Shown here in pieces: positions 59,591-64,000 of a stretch of DNA of 64,000 nt. Every line of letters starts with the position of its first letter. The stretch's first letter is position 1. Position numbers and translations under genes: made by a program. The DNA comes from an uncultured bacterium (GTDB lineage: Bacteria; Cyanobacteriota; Cyanobacteriia; Cyanobacteriales; Xenococcaceae). The stretch spans positions 31,586-95,585 of the forward strand of contig CAZLUP010000003.1 of the NCBI GenBank assembly GCA_964562685.1. Direction: 5' to 3'. A model generated the notes under the pieces. That model saw only the letters and a list, made by a program, of their open reading frames with translations, was not told where the DNA came from and made no database searches.

Positions 59591-60352
59591 ATGCAAAAAT
59601 CTATTGCTATCTTTAATCATCCTCAAGACAAAAAAATTCTGATTGAACAAGTTCTTGATGCACTTAATTATGTTAGTAACTCTACTAAATTGTATGTAGG
59701 AGGTATCATAACCGCCAAATACTGGAATCAAACTCGTCCTGATAGTGATTGGTGTGGATTATTTGCCATTAATAGCTCGGCAGAAATAGCTTTTGCTGGC
59801 TCTTCTCAAGAAATTGTTAACGATTTTAAACTCCAATTAATAAAAGTTTGGATTATTAATTTTATTAAAGCTTGTTCTGTTATTGTTAGTGAATTATCAT
59901 TGCTACTCGATCTAGAAAAACTTCTCTTTAATAAGGAAAAAGAAACAAAAAATAATCCCGAAAATCAAAAAAAGTTAGCGGTAGTACCAAGTTTAGAAAA
60001 AACAAATCTTTTGCTCACTGACGAAAAATCTTTGACCGCTACAAAATTAAATCAAGAACCAATTGATCTTGATAGAATTGTCAATCAATTGAAAAATCAA
60101 TCTCAAAATTCTTATGTTAAATATTTTACCAAAGAAGAAATCAAGATTCGAGGTGGAATTAAACTTAATGATTGTCAAATGATTTTTCAAAATAAAACCT
60201 TTAGAAGAGGAATGGATTTTTCTAAAAATATTATTGAAAAAGTTATTAATTACTGCGAAGATTACAACCAACAAAATACAGAAATATTACTTATAGATCA
60301 TCATTTTTATTTGACTTTTTGGATTGAGATATTACCTAAGAAAAAAGCATGA
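59591..60352 (+). CDS. hypothetical protein (AT-rich orphan)
   Basis: 253-aa ORF, Lys/Asn/Ile-rich, with no recognisable motif. Confidence 0.4.
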   Translation: MQKSIAIFNHPQDKKILIEQVLDALNYVSNSTKLYVGGIITAKYWNQTRPDSDWCGLFAINSSAEIAFAGSSQEIVNDFKLQLIKVWIINFIKACSVIVSELSLLLDLEKLLFNKEKETKNNPENQKKLAVVPSLEKTNLLLTDEKSLTATKLNQEPIDLDRIVNQLKNQSQNSYVKYFTKEEIKIRGGIKLNDCQMIFQNKTFRRGMDFSKNIIEKVINYCEDYNQQNTEILLIDHHFYLTFWIEILPKKKA

Positions 60353-60585
60353 AAATTCCAAAAAAAGTTAAATTAGGGAGTCATTTGTTTTAATAATAGT
60401 CTAAAAATGTTAGATTTTTGGTTTAAGGGGCGTAATTTACTCTTAAGCTAGTTTATAACTTAGCAGTTTATTGAAAATTAATAAAAAAAATCTTTGACCA
60501 GGACTTAAATAGTAAATAATATAAATACAATTATAACTAAGGTACAAGTTATCGTTTGTATCTTATATTTTATTATTGTCGCTCA

Positions 60586-61209
60586 ATGCCCGCTAAAATT
60601 ATTTTTAATTTAATCTCGCACTACTTGTATTATCGGACGTGCTAACAATTGTAATCTTCGACTACCTGATGATGAATATCATGTCAGTATTTCTCGTTAT
60701 CACTGTTTACTCGATATTAATCCTCATCAATATATGGTGGATTTGTTTCTACATTAGGGGATTATGGTTTAGCTAAAGCTTTTGATTCAGCAGGATTAAG
60801 CGGTCAAACTTTAACTGGTACTAAAGCTGGTACATCTCTATTTATGCCTAGGTAACAAGTGCTTAATTTTAAATATGTTCAGCCCGATGTAGATGTGTGG
60901 GCAACTACTTTTACTTTGTACTATATGGTTACAGGTAATTATACCAGAGATTTTGCTCATCAAGACCCTTTTTTATCTATTCTTCAGTCGCAACCTGTTC
61001 CCATTCGTCAGAGAAATGCTTTGATACCTCAACCTCTAGCAAATTTAATCGATTTAGCGTTGCAGGATTATCCTCAGCTTTATTTTAAAAATGCGTTAGC
61101 GTTTAAAAATGCCTTGTTAAGCGTTGTGCTAAAGTTAGAACAAAATGTTTCAGATGCGTTAATCAATGCCACATCAAACTCTTCAGCCTACATCCACCAT
61201 CAGAGCTAA
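60586..61209 (+). pseudogene. decayed FHA-domain Ser/Thr protein kinase
   Basis: Three frames carry pieces. MPAKIIFNLIS... is the N-terminus. CIIGRANNCNLRLPDDEYHVSISRYHCLLDINP is the FHA core and ends in a stop. GDYGLAKAF...GTSLFMPR*QVLNFKYVQPDVDVWA... is the kinase DFG-to-C-lobe region with an in-frame TAA. The N-lobe and catalytic loop are missing. Confidence 0.7.
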
Positions 61210-61276
61210 AATTATTTTGATAAATACTTGACAAATTTAGGGAATGAACTGCTAATATATTTAAGGCATTCTGAAT

Positions 61277-61348
61277 TGGGGTGTAGCCAAGCGGTAAGGC
61301 AGCGGGTTTTGGTCCCGCCATTCCTAGGTTCGAATCCTAGCACCCCAG
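61277..61348 (+). tRNA. tRNA-Gln (TTG)
   Basis: TGGGGTG acceptor, GCCAAGCGGTAAGGCA D-arm, anticodon stem GCGGG/CCCGC with loop TTTTGGT, T-arm CTAGG TTCGAAT CCTAG. Closely parallels E. coli tRNA-Gln. Confidence 0.9.
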
Positions 61349-61513
61349 TAAAACCGCAAAAATTTAACTCACTTTAAGGGTTGGAGCTGCTCGGGAAATA
61401 GGTAAAAAAGAGAAAAATTTATTCAATTTTCCAACTCGATACTTATGGCAAGGTTTTAGGCACGATTGCTTATATGAGATATTTAAATGTTTGCCACAGT
61501 TTGGATCGTTTTT

Positions 61514-61541
61514 TAGCTTTTAGTTCTTAGCTTTTAGCTGA
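61514..61541. repeat. heptamer tandem repeat TAGCTTT
   Basis: The units are tagcttt, tagttct, tagcttt, tagctga. Confidence 0.55.
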
Positions 61542-61589
61542 ACTTTATTTAAAATCAAACTATTGGTAACATTCTTTTTTTATTTCATA

Positions 61590-62552
61590 TTAAAAAACAG
61601 ATTGGTTAATTAACTCTTGCCATTCTTTAGTATTAGTTAGTTGATAGACATCGATTGGATTGCCGTATTCTGAAGCATAGTTTTTAAAGGCTTTAATCCA
61701 TTCAAATACGGTTTCGGTGTAATGTTTATTCGTATAAGACAAGGATTTAAGCAAGTATTTAGCCATTTCTACTAAATATCCTGTTTCATAAAGTCGCCAA
61801 GCACTCCAAACTAAGCTTTGATAACGAGATTGATTTTCTAAATCTTTAATGTCTGCCGATAAATTAGCTTGATGGAAAAATCGTTCGAGAATAAAATCTA
61901 ATTCTTGTGCTTGTAAAAGAGTGTTTTTAGAGACGTTAAGTTCGTGTTGACGATAGCAAACCGTTTCGCCTTTGATCCAATCTGCTTGACAACCCATTTG
62001 AGCTAGACGTAAGACTAAATCTACATCAGGAGTTTGTTCTAGTTGAACATCAAAACCACCAGAATTTTTTAACCAAGAATCTCGAAACAGCATTGCACCA
62101 AGGAACACAGGTTTCCAGACAATTAAACCAACCAAATCTAGTTGAGGTAAGGTTTGCCAAGGTTGTACTGCTGCTAAAAACGCATCATCTTCATTAACAA
62201 TTTGCCAACCGCTGTTAACTATACCAAGAGAAGGTTGTTGTTCTAATAAAGCTACTTGTAAAGCGAGTTTATTTGGTAAAAAAAAATCATCTTGGTCTAA
62301 AAAAGCAATATATTCTCCTTGAGCTACTTCTAACCCTCGATTACGGGCTGCTGCTACTCCTTGATTCTGCTGAGATCTATATTGAACTTTTGAGCCATAG
62401 CTTTGGACAATTTGACTCGTGCGATCGCTTGAACCATCATCAACCACGATGATTTCATAATCATGATAGCTTTGCTGCAAAACACTATCAATCGCTTTAC
62501 CAATATAGCGATCGCCATTATAGGCAGGAATAATTACACTTACTTTCGTCAT
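61590..62552 (-). CDS. family 2 glycosyltransferase
   Basis: Motifs VSVIIPAYNGDRYIGKAIDSVLQQ, IIVVDDGSSD and AFLDQDD (DxD). Confidence 0.8.
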   Translation of the reverse strand: MTKVSVIIPAYNGDRYIGKAIDSVLQQSYHDYEIIVVDDGSSDRTSQIVQSYGSKVQYRSQQNQGVAAARNRGLEVAQGEYIAFLDQDDFFLPNKLALQVALLEQQPSLGIVNSGWQIVNEDDAFLAAVQPWQTLPQLDLVGLIVWKPVFLGAMLFRDSWLKNSGGFDVQLEQTPDVDLVLRLAQMGCQADWIKGETVCYRQHELNVSKNTLLQAQELDFILERFFHQANLSADIKDLENQSRYQSLVWSAWRLYETGYLVEMAKYLLKSLSYTNKHYTETVFEWIKAFKNYASEYGNPIDVYQLTNTKEWQELINQSVF

Positions 62553-62783
62553 GGCTCGATCTTGCGAGTCGAAAAATAATTACCACTCTAACTCAAACGT
62601 GATCGAGATGAAGTGTTAAGTAACTGGGCAAAATTAAGCAATTGCTTATTCTAAACTTGCAAAGGAAGGTTGAAATGTTGAAGAGGCTTCAATCAAAAAT
62701 AAATTCTGATGTTTAAAAGCCCCTTCTCATCGATAGATTGAATTTTCTCACTCGGTTCTATAATCAATCAAACTAATCTTAAA

Positions 62784-63239
62784 TTAAACACTCATTTCCA
62801 ACTGCTGAGATTCTAATTTAAGTAAATTAACTAAATAATGATCTTGATTAGCTTGAGCAGCTTGTAAACGACGTTCAAGATTTTGGCGAAGATTCTCTAA
62901 ATGAAGTTGTCTGATTTCATCATGATCGGATCGAGCTTGCCAAAGACTAAAATCAGAATTCAATTCTTCACTTACTTTAAAAGAAGAAATTGCTAATTTA
63001 CAGGTAGTTGGTAAAGAATGACGTTGATAAGCGATCGCTTCGCGCCTCGGCTGTGCCGAGATCGCACTTTGATGAGAACGAGTTGGAAACTGAGGAATAT
63101 GTCTAGGGTAACGATATTTCCAAGCTTTTCCTTGAAGTTGATTATTAATCTCACCTTCAGTGATTTCTAGAGATAAAGGGCGATCGCTCTGTGTCTTGTC
63201 AAAATTTAAATCGCGACGAATAGAAGAATGATGTAACAT
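62784..63239 (-). CDS. hypothetical protein
   Basis: 151-aa ORF with a coiled-coil-like C-terminus. Co-directional with the upstream DUF4278 gene. Confidence 0.4.
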   Translation of the reverse strand: MLHHSSIRRDLNFDKTQSDRPLSLEITEGEINNQLQGKAWKYRYPRHIPQFPTRSHQSAISAQPRREAIAYQRHSLPTTCKLAISSFKVSEELNSDFSLWQARSDHDEIRQLHLENLRQNLERRLQAAQANQDHYLVNLLKLESQQLEMSV

Positions 63240-63385
63240 TTGCCTAAGTGTGATTATTAAAATTGTTTTTATTGGAGATGGTCATTAATTACAGTTGTCA
63301 AGAATGAACTGAAGCTAATCAAAGCGCGGTATCGCTGACAACTGTAGGGAGAGTTATTAATTTGTTAGAAATAAGCAAAATTAAA

Positions 63386-63577
63386 TTAATCGTGGTTTTT
63401 AGTATAATGAACACCCCGATAAACCATCTCGTTGATCTGACGACGGCAACGATGTTTTTCAAGTAAGCGATGAATTCGCCAGGGTGATCCACGATACGAA
63501 CCGCCAACTTGGCCTTCTTTTATTTCCCATTCAGTATGGGGACTATCGTATGTTAAGCCACGAAAATGTAGTTTCAT
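63386..63577 (-). CDS. DUF4278-type small cyanobacterial protein
   Basis: MKLHFRGLTYD...YRGVHY repeats the (Y/F)RG..Y pattern recalled for DUF4278. Confidence 0.55.
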   Translation of the reverse strand: MKLHFRGLTYDSPHTEWEIKEGQVGGSYRGSPWRIHRLLEKHRCRRQINEMVYRGVHYTKNHD

Positions 63578-63916
63578 AATTATTACCTTCGATTGACTAA
63601 GTTTAGGAGAGAAACCTTCTTGTTACAGCGGAATATCCCTAACTGTCAGTTAAATACCCTAAATTCTTATCCGTTCGGATAATTGATTGCTTAATTTGAT
63701 TGTGACCCCAGCAAAAAGCATTCACTAAATCTGGAGCCTACTTACAAATAATATCAAATTTATTCTGTATATTATTTTACCATTCCTTAGTTCAGCCCGA
63801 AATTTTTATAAAAGTTAATAGTTCTCCAGAGCGACATTGACTGACTTGCGCTCAAATCTTCTCAGAAACAATCGCTAAAATTAAAAGTATATTTAGAGAC
63901 AGAGGCAAAAAATCTT

Positions 63917-64000
63917 TTATTCAACTACAATATCGCCTGTCATCCCTGCTTCGGCGTGTCCAGGAATAGAACAATGAAATTCATATTTTCCTGGTTTCAT
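63917..64000 (-). CDS. cupredoxin-type copper protein, C-terminal fragment (gene continues beyond the window)
   Basis: The minus strand encodes ...KPGKYEFHCSIPGHAEAGMTGDIVVE* with type-1 copper ligands C..H....M. Confidence 0.6.
   Translation of the reverse strand: MKPGKYEFHCSIPGHAEAGMTGDIVVE

Noticed and set aside
53573-60274. ORFs 53573-53809 (+), 57278-57481 (-), 58507-58713 (-) and 60047-60274 (-).
   Set aside because: They are antisense shadows of longer ORFs on the other strand.
14590-63070. Small GC-rich islands sharing CTTCGCGC-like cores (about 14596-14612, 36121-36150 and 63040-63070) considered as one repeat family.
   Set aside because: Similarity is limited to 6-8 nt and the arrangement differs, which is not enough to claim a family without a genome-wide search.
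63319-63507. 62-aa minus-strand ORF overlapping the DUF4278-like ORF.
   Set aside because: It is out of frame with the 63386-63577 ORF, which carries the recognisable MKL.(Y/F)RG..Y pattern.
1-64000. Scan for CRISPR arrays, rRNA genes, transposases/IS elements, integrases and prophage genes.
   Set aside because: I saw no regularly spaced 25-40-nt direct repeats, no rRNA-like segments, and no transposase, integrase or phage structural ORFs.

Overview
This is a low-GC cyanobacterial chromosomal segment. The HIP1 octamer GCGATCGC is scattered throughout, heptameric tandem repeats sit in the spacers, and cyanobacteria-typical genes are present (desC, DUF1816, DUF4278). About two thirds of the window is housekeeping: oxidoreductase, desC, plsC, PP2C phosphatase, aminotransferase, exbBD, rpe, SUI1, MalFG-type permeases, STAS, Mini-III, rlmB, rpmB, pyrE, a CNNM transporter and two tRNAs. 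The accessory core spans about 21.4-54.2 kb. It begins with a five-gene minor-pilin/pseudopilin locus of the hps / pilA9-slr2018 type. A roughly 23-kb minus-strand cluster follows, in which glycosyltransferase (GT4, GT2+GT4, GT8) and sulfotransferase domains are fused to long TPR arrays. That cluster is fed by a complete dTDP-L-rhamnose operon (rfbC-D-A-B) and flanked by an epimerase and a Tat-signal beta-helix protein. I see no Wzx/Wzy/Wzc/ABC exporter or priming transferase in the window, so this is my best candidate for an undescribed system: TPR-guided glycosylation/sulfation, possibly coupled to the pseudopilin apparatus. Other points worth a second look are listed here. Two GC-rich palindromic mini-elements with shared termini are inserted in-frame, in opposite orientations, in the two giant TPR-GT genes. 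A roughly 600-nt ORF-free, hairpin-dense, GC-enriched region lies between rpe and SUI1 and may be a large ncRNA. A STAS gene lacks any ATG/GTG/TTG start. An FHA-Ser/Thr-kinase gene has decayed to a pseudogene. Matched hairpins bracket desC. All functional calls come from motif recognition by eye; no searches were run.
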